From positions 496,001 to 560,000 of the forward strand of contig RSEE01000003.1 of the NCBI GenBank assembly GCA_003971905.1: a stretch of DNA of 64,000 bases, read 5' to 3'. Below the pieces are notes generated by a model that saw only the letters and a program-made list of their open reading frames with translations, searched no databases and was not told the DNA's origin. Positions 12,877 to 26,209 of this stretch are shown piece after piece. The stretch is from Moniliella sp. 'wahieum' (taxonomy: Eukaryota). The translations under genes were made by a program, and so were the position numbers. Position 1 is the first letter of the stretch, and each line of letters opens with the position of its first letter.

Positions 12877-13702
12877 ATAACATAATCCTGTGGAGAGAGA
12901 GGCGCATAAAATGATGTGGTCTAAGTATTTGACGTTCACGTTCATGCATCATGCATTATCATGTCCATCATGCCTCAATCATGCCATGCATGTCATGGCC
13001 GTCTGTATGCGAGAATGATCGATGATCTGCTCAGCGCTCAGCGAGAGGTCAAGATATTGCTGTAGATATGCGGAAGAATAAGAATGAAGATCACACAAAG
13101 GTGCAGCGATGTCCCGATCCACTCGGATAATGGAGACCACAATGGATGCTGAAACGTATGGACAAGTGGTTTATTGTTAGGCGGCCGATTGGGGTCAGAG
13201 ATGGGGGCTTTTTGGTGGCGAACGGGAGGGAGGACGAGAGTAGGACTCCAGAACAATGCTATATTGATCGCTAGCTTACATAGCTAATCGAAATTTCTAG
13301 CCCAGAACCTTGCCGGCCCACCACAAGCTTGTCTTTAGATTTGAGGGGCACAACCTTGTCACAGCCTCGCCAACACAGCTAGCCCCAACCTCTTGGACCA
13401 CACTGCGGCAAGGCCGCCCAGCGAGGTTGTCCCTAGATTGCTGCCTATAAAGCTCGTCACAACCTTGCCCGCTATTCTAATCACAATATTGTGAACGGCG
13501 GCCAGCCTCGAGACATCTTAAAAAAGATGGCCCACCCACGAATTGAACCTGAGGTATCTCCAGCCAATAGTAGGAATTGGCCGTTGCACCATTGGAGCCT
13601 AAACTCCCGCAGCAATTTGGCAATCTTTGGGCAGCCACATGTGCTGTGTCCGTTTTCAGCCAAGTCGCTAGCAACTGATAGACTGATGGTGTAGAGTATA
13701 CA

Positions 13703-16700
13703 TCAACAGTGGTGACTACCATCATTAGTAGCCATTCGGGAAGTATCTAAACATTCATTACGGATTGTACTGCCTCCAAAACATCGTCGGCAGAAGGGAC
13801 ATTCTCGCCCTCGACCGCCCAGTCCTGGGCAAAAGCCAAGTCCGCAAGTCGCAGAATATATCGGTGTGGGGAGAGAAAGAGTTGACAAAGTGGTTGAGCA
13901 CGTAGCGCTGTTCCGCCGACATCCCAGACAAGAGTTGTGTGCTGGACCCCATCGAACGTCAAGCCAGTGGTTGTATCCGTAATGCTGTTGGGGACAACCC
14001 GGCACTTGGCCTTCACGCAATTGTGCTGGACGTTAAGCGAACCAAAGATGGTGTGGATCTGCGAAGCCGGCATGTAAGTCATGCGTCGGGCGGACGCGCG
14101 CGGTAGCTCAAGGCCTCGCATGTCATATGCCGAGTCGATAGGCATGATGCGAGCCAAAGCGACATTGACCCAAAGCACAGGGAGCACAAGGTTGGAACCA
14201 GTCCTCGCTGCCCGACCCCCCCTCGCGAGTCGGATTGGCCCCGGTGCACAGCAACCATATTAGGCCGTTGGGCGGCAACGTGTTCTATCCAGCCACAATG
14301 GAGAAGGGCGGCGCATCATGATTCTGGGCATGGCGGGGGGGGGGACGTCACCAATATCCTGTTGGGTAACAAGCACCCATTCCCCCCTGGCACAAAGCTG
14401 GCCATGCTGTACGCGGACCAACGGCATGTCGACAATATCTTCGACCGGCCCAGTGGCAGAACGCCGCTCTGCTGTCATTGGTTCAGGAAGCCCAACCTTG
14501 TCGTGCACCGATATGACTTTGGCCTTAGCCACAGTCTGGATCGAAGCCGGACACGATCCAGCGCTGGAAGGGCTGTTGCGGCCGGTACCGGGTGCGGGAG
14601 GGACTTGCCACACACTGCCGAGCCCTTGGCCCAAGAGCTGAATCGTCGTGCCAGCTTGAGGCGGTGTACCATTCAATTGCAAAGCTGCTCGGCCCCTGCC
14701 GATCCAGACCTCTGCGGACAATTTCTTGGTGTTCCCACCGGGCAGACCCTGTGTCACATCCTCCCCTTCATCGTCAGGGGTTGTATCGCGGGACACGAGT
14801 TTTGCACGCGGCATGTCGATTGCCCGCCCTCCACATAGCAGGTTTTGCAGGTTCTCCTGGGCTGCTACCTTGTAGTTCAAGTCGCAGCATATATCTTTGC
14901 GGTTCGTAAATATTACCGCATTGCGCATGACGCGGACAAACTCCTCCTCACGCTGTGTGTCAGCGTTCTTGAGAGGACCCCACAACAGCGCCGCTGGGAG
15001 AGGTGACTCAGAAGGTGGAACTTGGGGCGACGAACGAGCATGGCCGGGTCGATGGCAGCGATGGCCATGAAAATGTGAATCACCGCCTTGTCAAGCAGTT
15101 CCTGTGGGCACATCTGTACGGGGCAGAATGTAAGCTGTGAACTTGGACTAGCGAAGATGATCACGGGCCTAGGAGAGCTAGCAGTTTCAGACGTACGCCA
15201 TATGTAGCTCGGTCTTGAAATGCGAAGCTATCGATGTAGCAAAGCCACTTAATGCCTGCGGCGGCCACAATGCACTTGCGGACATTCTCCAGCCTCTCAA
15301 TCTTGCTCAGAAGTCTCTGTCTCGCCATTTCCGTGACGCCGGGCTTGGCGGAGTCCAACCGCAGAGTGGCCACCAACTTGGGCAGCACCAGAGGGAGAGT
15401 CTGGCATAATATCTTGCAGTCAACCCCCGTGATGACTGAGCGCATGCTGTGAACCACTTTAGTGCCATTGAGCCGTCGACCCACCGATTCCATGCCCCAC
15501 GAGTTGAACGAATCCAGCCACAGCGCTAGCGAGGGCCCCTTATCGAAGTTCGAGTCCGTCAGCAGCTCGATCGAGGCCTTGACTCGCCCAAGGAGAACTG
15601 TGTGCATGACGTCGATCGCCAGGCTCTTGCCGACCGAGAAACTCGAGCACCCCTGCCATTCGTGGACAGTCAAAAGGGGTTGAACACTTAGCCGTTGTTC
15701 TTGAACTCATCCAGCAGCTCACGAACGCCGGAGTCCAAATTGGAAAGCAGCCTCTTCCGCTTCTTGCCATTCGTCGCCCCGGCTGAGTCCTCCAGAGTCT
15801 TGCGGGACTTGAACAGGATAAAGGATACGTCTTTCATATACTTTTGTCGTTAACCCCGGTCTGGCTCGCCCGGTCGTCGACACGGCCGTCGTTCTTGACG
15901 ACCATGTCGAGTTATTGGTGATCGACTTCGCGCCTAGTTTCGACACTTGAACGTAGATCGCCTTTTCCGTCTTGATGTATCCGCCGGTTATATTCAGTCC
16001 CATTTTGATGCACAGCAGTAACACCAGTGGTGTCGTATACGCACAAGACAGTCAGCCACGTTCTCCGCCAACGTATTCGTTCCCCGTTGCCGTCCGCCAT
16101 CGCAAAAACGGCAGCACACGTGGGCAGTCATGCCCATAATGGAAGCCATCTCGTTCGCGGCCACGTTGTCGCCCTTTATCATCCGCAGCACGGGCTGTAC
16201 AAGGATCCATCCCTCGGTGGTCGAATCCCAGACAGGGATGAGCTCTTCGTGATACTGCCTGCAAGTTCGAAAAAGACGTTAGCATGCTGCTTTTGCCCAG
16301 GAATCACGGCGACTTCAAAGGCAACTTGGCTTAGATTGCGATACTCACTTAGGGTTCTAGCTGTTTTACCAACTGCTCACACAACGGCAGGGAGAGACTT
16401 GGCCGTTTCCGATGCAAAGAGGAAAAGGTTCCTTGCCCATCTAGACTGCGACCGTGAAACGTGCATGTTGCCCAGCAGCATGCTGTTCAGAGAGCTTGGC
16501 CGATTGGACACATTGTCTGCAAAACCATCAGCCCAGCCCACTAGCTGGAGACGGACCAGAGCTCGGCCACAGGCCTTGGCTCGAAGGGGATTGACGCTCT
16601 TCCCAATTTCCTCACCGTCCCTTGTTCCTGTGTCGTACCAGGATGTGGAAGTCATCAGTCAACCCGACAAGAATTGCCGCTGCGTGAAGAGCAAGAAAAC

Positions 16701-17771
16701 TTACTAATGGTATAGTCGTCGTAGAGGCGCAACTTGGTTATGTCCAACTGAGTAAGAATGAAGGCGCGTGTCCTGTTGCCGGTGAACTTCAGCAGGTTGG
16801 ACGTCTCGTCTTGGACCAGGTCGATTCCGATCCCGTGCCACGAGTCGCTATCAGCGTCGTGTTGCCACAAGACGGGAAAGATAGGCGCGAAATGCTGACC
16901 AGGTGAACAGATTCGCCAAGGTACATGTGAATGGCCAGATCGCGTGGATGCTTATTGAGCATGACCATCGGCTGAGTCCTTGTGCCGATCAGATCCCATC
17001 GTCCCTTGTGTGGTTCTTCAATGAACCCGTCCTTGAGGGCCTGGACAATCGCCCTGAGCGACCAGGGATTGGGATACTGTGACATCTTGGAGCGGATGGA
17101 CGAGTTCGAGGACATGTATGAGGTGGAAAATGCGGTCTCGCCCGCGAAGGACCCAATGTATATCGTCTCCTGATACAAACTGCTCGATACACACACGAGG
17201 CTGGCACACCGCCTCGATTGCCTTTTAGTTTTGTTGAGCGAGTAAAGAGAGGCAATTTCCCTTCTCTTGACGCGACTTGTGCGAATGCGGTCTTCTCTCG
17301 CAACGAGACGGTTGGACTGGAGTATCGTGCTGTATATAGCTGCTGTCACGACTATCTCAAGTGCGTAGCTTAAAAAAATCTATATATATACTAAACGCTC
17401 AGGCTGCAGGTGGGCGCCTTGAGCTGGCGGTGGCGTGGGGGGGCAACACTGGCGCCATGCGGGTGGACCACCGGTGGGCCACCGGTGGTTGCGCCTATAA
17501 CCGCACGCAGCTGCGCCGATGCGCTTGCCTCTCGACTACCACCACCACCGCCACCACCACCGCTCTCTTCTCTCGTTGGCCACACACTACTACCAGAGCT
17601 GTTGCCGTGTGCACGGCTTGTACTAATCACCATGAATACGTGTGCTGCTATCGCCGCCCACTGACGCCCCTGCCGTGCACGCGCCCGACCTCGGTACGTC
17701 CACGCCCCCCATGCTGTGATGCCTGCCGTCCTGACTGGCCTGTGCGCAGCCACCGGAACTGAGTCGGCCAC
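13703..17771 (-). CDS. CMC/CACTA-type DDE transposase (frameshifted; may start nearer 18280)
   Basis: Ordered motifs WADGFADN, KGDN..CCRFC (CxxC), IDVMHTVLLG ([M/L]H), RPKFHLLSHL (HxxxH), GPL..TQREEEF and C-terminal LNVQHNC. Confidence 0.8.
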
Positions 17772-18326
17772 GCCTGGCGGCAGCCTTGCCTGATATCATT
17801 TGCGCCAAGATGCCGGTCATACCTCCCGAAGGCGAGTTGAAGATCAACGACGGGGGCGCTTCCAGCGGACGGTCGACGGCGACGGTTTCCCCGGCCAGGT
17901 CAGTACCTGCGCTTTGTCCTTATCCGCCCATATACTGACAACGCCTTTAAGCAGGATGATCGGAGAAGGCGCTCAAGTGCTGAGGAAACGACCACGGAAC
18001 ATATGCAGGCTTGCACACAGATCATCGTTCGCCGTATGGTTGCGGGACTCATTCTCCCTCTCGAACGCGATGACGCTTCGTCCCCACGCCGCAAGTTGTA
18101 TGGCTCTTGTATCTTTGCCCTTCGATCCCTATCATCTCCGTGTCCCCATGATGTTTTTGGTCTGCGATTAAACGACGAAGGCAAAGCTTCTGTGGTTGCC
18201 GCCGTCCTGAGGCTCCTCGAACAACCTGCCGTTGCCTTGGCGCTCCTCTACGTCTCTGTGTCTAAACAACCATGGCAATGCATGCTTTAAAGATAATCCA
18301 CTGCCTGATCTGATAGCATCGTGGCA

Positions 18327-18392
18327 CCCTAGCCACCGCCCTAGCCACCACCCTAGCCACCACCCTAGCCACCGCCCTAGCCGCCAGCCTAG
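18327..18392. repeat. 12-bp subterminal tandem repeat (CCCTAGCCACCR) x~5
   Basis: Directly visible, ~250 bp inside the right TIR. Confidence 0.9.
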
Positions 18393-18944
18393 TGAAAATA
18401 TCTGTGGCTAGCCTTGCCACCAGCCTGCCAGCAAGGCTGCGGACTGTCTGGGGATAGGGGGGGTAGCTGGGGGTAACCTGGGGCCAAGCTGTCGGGTATA
18501 GATTGTCTCGACCTTGGCGACCATCTTGCGCAAGCTTTTCTTGTACAGGGTTGTGGCACTTCTAATCATAGACTCACGGTATCAATTTCTCACCTTGAGG
18601 CGAGATCGGCGGCAACGTTGTGACTAGAAATTTCGATTAACTATGTACGAAGCTATACACACGGGCTACCAAACTTCGGAGCCCGCGGAGCCTCGGAGAC
18701 TGTGAGGCCGAAAGAGCTTAACGGGACCGTTGAATCTAGTCACTAATATTGCAACAGTGGGTCGGGTGGTAGCAGCAAAAGGAGACACCAAAGAGGAATA
18801 ATGACCGTCAAAAAGAGACGTGCTGCAGTGGAAGAATGGCAATCGGCAATTCTCCATGAAGTTTTTTTAAGGCAGAGGGTGTGGAGGAGAATCCTTCGTC
18901 AGTTTAGGATGAGTGAGGCCTTAGAGGCCTGAAAAATAGATATA

Positions 18945-19330
18945 CTAGGAGGCCACGGGCCTACGGCCCGGTCTGCTGGGGCTTCGTCCCAGCTTGTTGT
19001 GCTGGGCGGGCCACGGTTGCCACCGTAGCCACCACTGCTCCACGGTTCCGTCGTCGCTACCGTCGCCACCGCGGTCTATTAGGGGAAGTGCTAGGTGCCG
19101 TTCATTCAGCGGAGTCCTCAACGGACTGGTAGATAGAGGGTGGGGGAGACGGAGAGAAGAACAGAGTGGGTACGTGAGCGACCGTTCCATCATCGTCACT
19201 GTAGCGACCGTTCACCGGTCCACCGTTCCACGCTGGAGGAATTTTCTCACCCATACGCTGCATGCGGGTGCACTAAACGTGCCAGGTGGCATGCTGCCGT
19301 CAGAATTTACGTCAAGTAAAAAGGTGGTCT
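18945..19330 (-). mobile_element. Putative non-autonomous Helitron-like element (3' end at 18945; 5' end not defined)
   Basis: Minus strand reads hairpin CGGGCC-GTA-GGCCCG, 7 nt, then CTAG|T, the canonical Helitron 3' layout. Second hairpin GCTGGGAC-GAA-GCCCCAGC at 18975-18993. Confidence 0.45.
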
Positions 19331-19736
19331 CTTTGAGCACCTGAGGCTCAGGCCTGAGGGTCTTCCCTTGGTTCTCTAAATGGGGTTGGCGCTATTAAGA
19401 AGCAACACCCGCCGGTTCGATGAACGGATCGGTTTAGTCTCAACGTCTCTTTGTCCCAGCCTTATGCTCTGTCAATGATATAGTTACAGAATAGAGATTT
19501 GGCCGTCCATGAGAGGCCGGACTCTGATGAGTCTTGGAGAGAAAAAATAATGCCCTGCATAGTGTATGGAGGGGGCGGACACACACTATGTCCGGAACAC
19601 AGTTATTGGGTAAATGTAGTGCTGATGAGAGGAGACAATTATTGGTACAACAGCACAATGAGAAAGCCGTGTGGTCAGGCACAATGGGAATCAGGAGTTT
19701 CTCTAGGCATGAATCCCAGACAAGAAAGAGGACCGA

Positions 19737-20088
19737 TGTCAAGGGGAGGCGCCCGGGGGGGTTAGGGATACAATGCCTTGGAGATCCTAAAGTCGACTCA
19801 CGACAGACCAGACTTGGAACAGGGACTGGGTACTTGGATGCTCGGCACCCCCCTTCTTCCTCCGAACGTCGGGGGTGCGAGCCAAGGCCCTCTTGGGAGC
19901 AGGGAAACGGAGGAGGTAGAGGCGCTGTTGGCCTGCCAGCCAATGTTCGCTTCTCCTGGGACTTGGGCGAGGGTAAGAGCTCCGTTGGCCCGTCTCCCAA
20001 CGTTCGCTCGCACGAATACCAGAGCCTGAGGACTGGAAAGGGGATCGGCGCGCTCCGCCGGCTCGCCAACCAGCGTCCGCCCGTCGCA
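19737..20088. mobile_element. Solo LTR (352 bp)
   Basis: TGTCAAGGGG...CCCGTCGCA flanked by 5-bp TSD ACCGA (19732-19736, 20089-20093). Left end resembles the other solo LTRs (CCCGGGG..GTCGACTCA). Confidence 0.72.
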
Positions 20089-20397
20089 ACCGATACATAG
20101 TTGGAGGGGTTGCTCTCCCTTAGGGAAAATCCGGGGAAATTCACAGTATTAACTATAGTGCGCTCGAGCACTGAGGACGTACTGAGGGGGAAGGAGCCCA
20201 CATAGGACGGATATGATAAAGGGAAGAACTAGAATATGTTGCCACATGTCAGCTCAACGCTTCCTGGCAGTTGCCTATGGTGTCGTCGAGGTTCCATGAC
20301 TACGACTCGTGAAGCTTGAAGTTTATCGACCGGATAGAGGTTGGGAACAAAACCGAGAGGGTGGCTCGGCGTTCTTGGCTCTTTCCCACTCGCTTTT

Positions 20398-21369
20398 TGT
20401 CACGGTGGGCCGTCGACAGGGAGCAAGCCCGGGGGGGGCGGTTAAGGGGTACAGAAGGCCCTAAGGTCGACTCAACTCACCTTAATTAACAATTGGGCTG
20501 ATTGATTGGTGGATCCGAGTGGGGCTACTAGGAGACGCCTCTCAGGGTATGTCAGAGGCAGCGGAAAGAACAGAACGACTGGGTAGCACCGGTTTGGGCA
20601 GCAGTAGCGCATCTGAAGCCTTCGGGCTATAAGGGAGGGGAGTGGCAGCGGAGGACAAACACTGCCAGGCTGAAGCTAGATGGGGACTGGGGGCGGCGTG
20701 ACTGACGGATGGAAGCAGGTTCACACGCGGCTGTGGCCTGTGAGCTGGGCTTCGATGTGGCACCTGTGAGGCACGCGCGAACTGGGTTGACTGAGGGACG
20801 AAGAGCTGAAGAGGGAGCTGGAGGACCAGGTCGAGAGGCGGGGGAGCAAGAGAGGTGGAGTTGCCTGTACTGTATTGATCAGATTGGCGAGGACAGTAGA
20901 GGAAGACGCCAACGGACCGTGAGGGAAAACCCCAATCCATTGCTAACATATAGGGGACTAGGAGGGAAACAATGCAATAGAGGAAGAGCGGGGGACTGGG
21001 GAAAATAAGGAAAAGGGTTGCCACACGGGCAACCTAAAGGTATGGTAAACAGGCTCGGGGCGACTATCGTCGCAAGGAATACTGACAATTGGGTGGCCAG
21101 TAGCTACCAATTTACTTGGGCCAAAAGCGATCGCGCGGATACGTGAAACTGGTGCTTGCACTGGCGAACTGCTAGCCGCGATCGGACTGAGTTGAACCCG
21201 GGAGCATGCTCTATTGTTGGGTATAGCAGCCGGGCTTCAGCAGAGATGGGAACAGATCGAATCTGGCTCGATGACCAGGATTATCAATTTGGAGACGGGG
21301 CTATGATGAGAAGGCGAAGGGAGCGCTTCTACTCCGCTGGGGCTTGGCCGCTCGTCTTCGCCCGCGACA
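20398..21369 (-). mobile_element. Solo LTR (972 bp)
   Basis: TGTCACGG...CCCGCGACA with 5-bp TSD CTTTT on both sides. Homologous in inverted orientation to 24672-25540. Confidence 0.8.
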
Positions 21370-23818
21370 CTTTTCCTCTTGCCCTTGACTTCTCTTTCTG
21401 GCCTTCGATGATATTGCTCGTGGATTCACTCCTCAAAGTATTGTCGGCTTCCTTCATCATATCTCCGTCGTAGTATCATTTCTTTTCCTCCTTCCTTACT
21501 ATAGGCCCTATAGTATATACGTTCTACAAAAATGGGAAAAGGTGCCAACACGGCTGTGAAAGGCAAAAATGTTGCATGCGACTCTCTCTCAAAAGCACAG
21601 CTGTGCTTAATAGGCGCTTCAATGGCGAATACTGTGCAGCCCTCCGTGCTCCTCTGGTGTTTTACGTCGATTAAGACAGGGGAGAGGATAGACTCCATGG
21701 TACAAAAAACTTCTTGCGACCAAACACGAACGAATAATATAGGGCCTACTAATGTAACAGGATGGACCAGGGGGAAAAATATTATTAGTAGCGGAGTATA
21801 GCCGAAGGATAATAGAGCTAAAAGACATGGTATCTGACCCTTGCGTGGACTGCAAAGTTATGGAATTTGGTGGCGCGGAAAGCAAAAGATGTAGTGGAGA
21901 CATCTCTACTCTTCAAGTCGGTGCATTTAAAATATGTTTTGCCGACACTAGGAGGTTGCGCGTGAGCCGTCCCGACGGACACACACCCATCGTGTGATAA
22001 TGTCTCGAGATTGCCCTTTTCCTCCCTCCTTCACTCATAGGAGGCGCTTCCTTGGGCCCTGGTATGTGCACCTCTCCGACAAAGCACTATCAACAATTTG
22101 GGCCGAAAGGGGAGATCATGCATCATGAATCGTTAAACGTTAAACGTTAAATCACCTGTAGAGTCCCTCCCTCTACCGAGACATGTTAGCTGTGACATGT
22201 GAGCGCTAACCCTAAGGCTGAGGTGTGACATGTGACATGTGATACATGTGAGTCCCCCACTCTTTTCGTGATGTGTGTGATGTGGGATGCCATTAATGCA
22301 AATGTGACGGCAATAACGTTGGTGCGGCTTTTTCGAAGCACATTCGCACGGGCGCACAGTGCTTGGCGCGAGGGATCAGCGTGCTAATCAATGAGACTGG
22401 GTTAGCGCTCAGCCTACTATGCAGTGTATGGGCGACGTGCGCCTATATATATAGCGCTTACTTGTCGTGTCGGCAGTTGGTTGTACCCATACTGTATGCA
22501 CGGGTTTGTGATGAAATCGATGAGAGTCTATTACTATGCCAGAGAGTCCCGTGATGGTCCTTTACTTGGAGAGGGTGATGCAGTTGCCCAGTTGCAGTGG
22601 TTGTTGTTTATAAAAGGCCACAAAACGAGAAGCCGCGCGGCTATGGAATACAAGGAGAACTGTGCAACATAATGCCACAGCATAGTATCTTAAACAGCAG
22701 GTCCGAGCGTACTCAATGTTAGGTAGGATTAGAAGCAGAACATGATCTGACGGATGTAAGGACTGTTATGCATTAATCGTTTCATGGTTCGCCCCAACAT
22801 GTGTAGACACAGAGACCAGGATGATTTTTTCAACTGTCCTTAGTAATTATTGGGACCATCAGTGCATCAGCAAAGGAAACCCGTCCTAACAAATCACCTG
22901 TGGCGGCGGATTAGGCCGGCCTTAGGTGTCACAATGTCACACAGTCCACACAACAGATTTTAAGGCGGCGTGAAAATACTACTAGCACATTCTTCCAGTA
23001 CTTCCGTATATATATAACTAGGTAGATGCGGCCGTCCGTGCATAGTACTTGTATACGCTCTGCCTCACGCACGTGACGCGTGAGGCGGCTATCCTTTCAG
23101 TTATCACCACACTTTCGTTGATATAACAGACTCTCATCCGCACGGTGTGGGAAAAGAGTTTACACGTTTTTACCACGGTTCAGCTGTTGGTCGGAAGACT
23201 GAGGGCGAGGATCATCGACATTGTGATTTGAATATGAGTGTTGGCAAGATCTATTCAAGAACCTCCACCATGAGGCGGATGGTCGCAATGTGTTGGTTGA
23301 ACACTGCAATGCGTTCAACTACACTTCGTTTTTTCTCAATGCCAACCTTCATAAGTGCCTCGAGCTCATATGGACAAACAGAGGACCAGATAGTTCTCCA
23401 ATGACACATGGTTCTGTGCGTGCCCCCCCGTTTCTCGCGTAACAAACAAAAAAAAGTGCGGCAAAATATTGTGCGCGCACTGGCCGTTTTGGAGCAAACG
23501 TTTTGGCCTACAACTTCGGAAAAGTGAAGCGGGCTAACGGGGGCGCACAGTTCAAAAGAACGAGGAGAACAGCCAGAAACAATTCATATCATGGACCGGA
23601 CTGTATATCCTAATAGGGACAAACAACGTAGAGCAGGATCATTGTCGACGCCAATTATAAAAGGTGTTGAAAAAAACTGTCTCCCACAGACGCGGAAGTG
23701 TCATCGACCGGCCTCTCGATCTTGTAACGAAGCACAAAAGCGACCCCCTAAGTAAGGTGTATAGCCTAATAAATGTGTGTTAACACATTTTAGTACCTCT
23801 TCCCTTTGCCGTCTCCGT

Positions 23819-23836
23819 CACACACACACACACACA
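23819..23836. repeat. (CA)n microsatellite
   Basis: About 9 CA units. Confidence 0.85.
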
Positions 23837-24671
23837 CTGCACTCAGGTGTTCCAGGCTAGTTTATGTAGTCTCTTGGCTCGCTTGCTCCCACTTACCCTC
23901 GTATTTGTAACGCATATACAGCCTTGTAGTCTAGTTACGGGGATCCGCCCACACATTGGCAGCCCCCTTCGATACTCTCATCCTTTCCCACTGGCGCGGT
24001 AGTACTGTTAGAGACTCATCAGCGGGCCATGCTAGGGGGACCTTGGCCCACTACTAGGTCCGTATGGGCACTATGTCTTCGTGATTCGTATCCGTTGGGA
24101 GATCCTGGGCGTATCTCTCGGCTGTGCCCCCTTTTCCCCTTCTGAGGTTTATAGTATATCCCTCCAGTCCGTCTCCATCGATGCACCAAATCCATATGCT
24201 TCCCTTTCCTCTCCATCTCACGACTCCAGACAGGTTGTTCCGCCCTCAACATCAGACCCCCATATAGGTTTGCACTAAAATGAGACTGATGGTTGCGCAA
24301 GTTGCTCGTTTTGAACGTACGTTTGAGTTTGTGGTGCCACACTGGGGGTATTATAGTAGTAGTATAGTGGCACCGGTGTAGCCCAAGCCCGGTTCCCTTC
24401 GGTGCATTACTTGCGATACTCTCCTTCCTGGATTCAACCGTTCAAGCCTCAAACTTCGGGGGTTGATCAACGCTGATGAGCCCTGGAGTCCGGATGGTCC
24501 TCGAGGGGGATGCAATCGTACTGGTGGTGGTGGTGAACTAAGCCAGCCAGCAACGCCATAGTAAAGAGGAACATCAAACAGCGAGTCTCCGCCAGGGGCT
24601 AAGCTGCCCAACTACAAAAGGAATAACAGGAGAAAGAAGACAACGGAAGTCCTAGGCCTGAGGAGGAAATG

Positions 24672-25540
24672 TGTTACGGGCTGCTGCGGTGGACCCGAGA
24701 CGGTCTGACCCAAGCTAAGGCCCGCCTGCTCTGCACATGCCCAGTAGAGCGCGCTCTGCAGGCCAACCAAGTGTGATGATGGTTGGCTAAATTAGGTACC
24801 GTGGTCCGAAGGGCCATGCGTCGCGCGACAATAGTCGCCCCCCCGCCTAAGTCCAAGACGGCTGACCTAAATAAGGCCACTGAGCTTCCAGTGTCGTTGC
24901 GACGACTCTGTCGGCTCCGTCCCTGTTTCCTTTTCCTTTCTCGGTCGCGCCTGCGACGACAAACCCCGCTTTTGACGTGTCTTCATTTCTACCCCCCTCT
25001 CGTATCCGTTTCCCTTTTGATCTTGCCTGTACCCCTGTGGTTGATGGGGATCCTTTCCCCACCTTCCATTCTCGTCCACCCTTCATTCTCGTCCTTTCCC
25101 GCCTATCCTGTCCGACTCCTTCCCGTTTTCCAGCCAATTGATCCAGTACAGGTAGCCTCCTTTGTTAGCGTGACTTTTCCTCCGACCTCGTCCTCCAGCA
25201 ATCCGTCAGTCCAGTCGCGCGAGCCCTCCTTTGGCCGCGTCGATTTCCAGTATCTATCCAGTCTCAGTCGAGGCAGCGTTTGTCCCCCTCTGCCTGCCCT
25301 TCCGTCCCTAAGTCCCGGAGGCTTCAGACACGTTACTACGGCCCAAGCCGGTGCAGACGCAGCCTTGCCACACGTGCAGCCGCCACCAAATGCCTCTCCT
25401 CGTCCTAGCTCCGCTCGGATTCACCAGCTAGCCCAAGCCCGAAAACTACCGTGAGTCGACGGCTACCGACTACCGTCGTCTAAGGGATCGTATTACCCCA
25501 AACCCCGGGCGTGCCCCCTGGTGGGGCCCGCCCCGTGACA
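24672..25540 (+). mobile_element. Solo LTR (~870 bp), diverged relative of 20398-21369
   Basis: TGTTACGGG...CCCGTGACA termini. Its reverse complement shares blocks with 20398-21369 (GCACCGGYTTGGGC, TCTGAAGCCTYCGGG, GGACAAACRCTGCC, GCTGGAGGACSAGGTCG, GGGGCGACTATYGTCGC). No matching TSD. Confidence 0.75.
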
Positions 25541-26209
25541 ATACAGGGACATTGGCCAAAGCACGAGCCATCGGGTGGCTCAAGAAACGCATCAATGTCC
25601 TCAACCGTTGCGTTGGCGGTAAACGTGGTAAACGTTGATGTCAACGGCCTCAACCTTCAACGAGTTGGTTGAGCGTTGTTGAGGTTCAACCGATAGCATT
25701 TTGGCTATACCTCGTGATTTCTTCGCCAGCGTTGAAATCGAAATAGCCCAGAAGGGTCCGGTGGTCCCGCGCATCAAACTTCAAGTTGCCACAACGGGCT
25801 ATACACACCAAACAGATCCATGACCGATCACAACCCGAGAAATGGCCTATTCTGGTCTGGAACAATCTCACTGCGCTTGCGACGGAAAGTTTCTACGGCC
25901 TAAAGGCCCGAGGCCTGATGCATGATGCACCTGATGCCCCCAGCGCCTCCGGCCTCTCTTCTCCGTCGGCTCAGCGGCACCAGCGATGGTCGGATGTGCT
26001 ACCAGAGTGCTAAGCGAGAGGCATGCAGAGGGCTGATGTGTACTGGCCACATGGGCAGACACTGTCCCTGTGCTTCCGCACCCCAGTCCTGATGAGCGGT
26101 TGTAGCCATAATAATTAGAAGGCACTGGGGGGATGCTGTTGGGGATGCTGGGTGCCAAGCCACCGGCGTCAGAGTTGCCGAATGGATGTGGTTGGTGGCC
26201 GCAATTGCG

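Larger units (their letters stand above)
13277..18647 (-). mobile_element. CACTA/EnSpm (CMC superfamily)-like DNA transposon, ~5.4 kb
   Basis: TIRs TACATAGCTAATCGAAATTTCTAG (13277-13300) and CTAGAAATTTCGATTAACTATGTA (18624-18647), 23/24 match and extending imperfectly to ~40 bp. Subterminal CACAACCTTG-like and CCTAGCCACC repeats. Internal transposase. Confidence 0.88.

Noticed and set aside
19440..20201. 253-aa and 188-aa overlapping ORFs
   Set aside because: They span a solo-LTR boundary and show no protein motifs.
23906..24671. Possible older LTR starting TGTAACGC, interrupted by the 24672 solo LTR
   Set aside because: No matching CA end or TSD found.
24783..25454. 223-aa ORF
   Set aside because: Lies wholly inside a pyrimidine-skewed solo LTR; low complexity and no domain.
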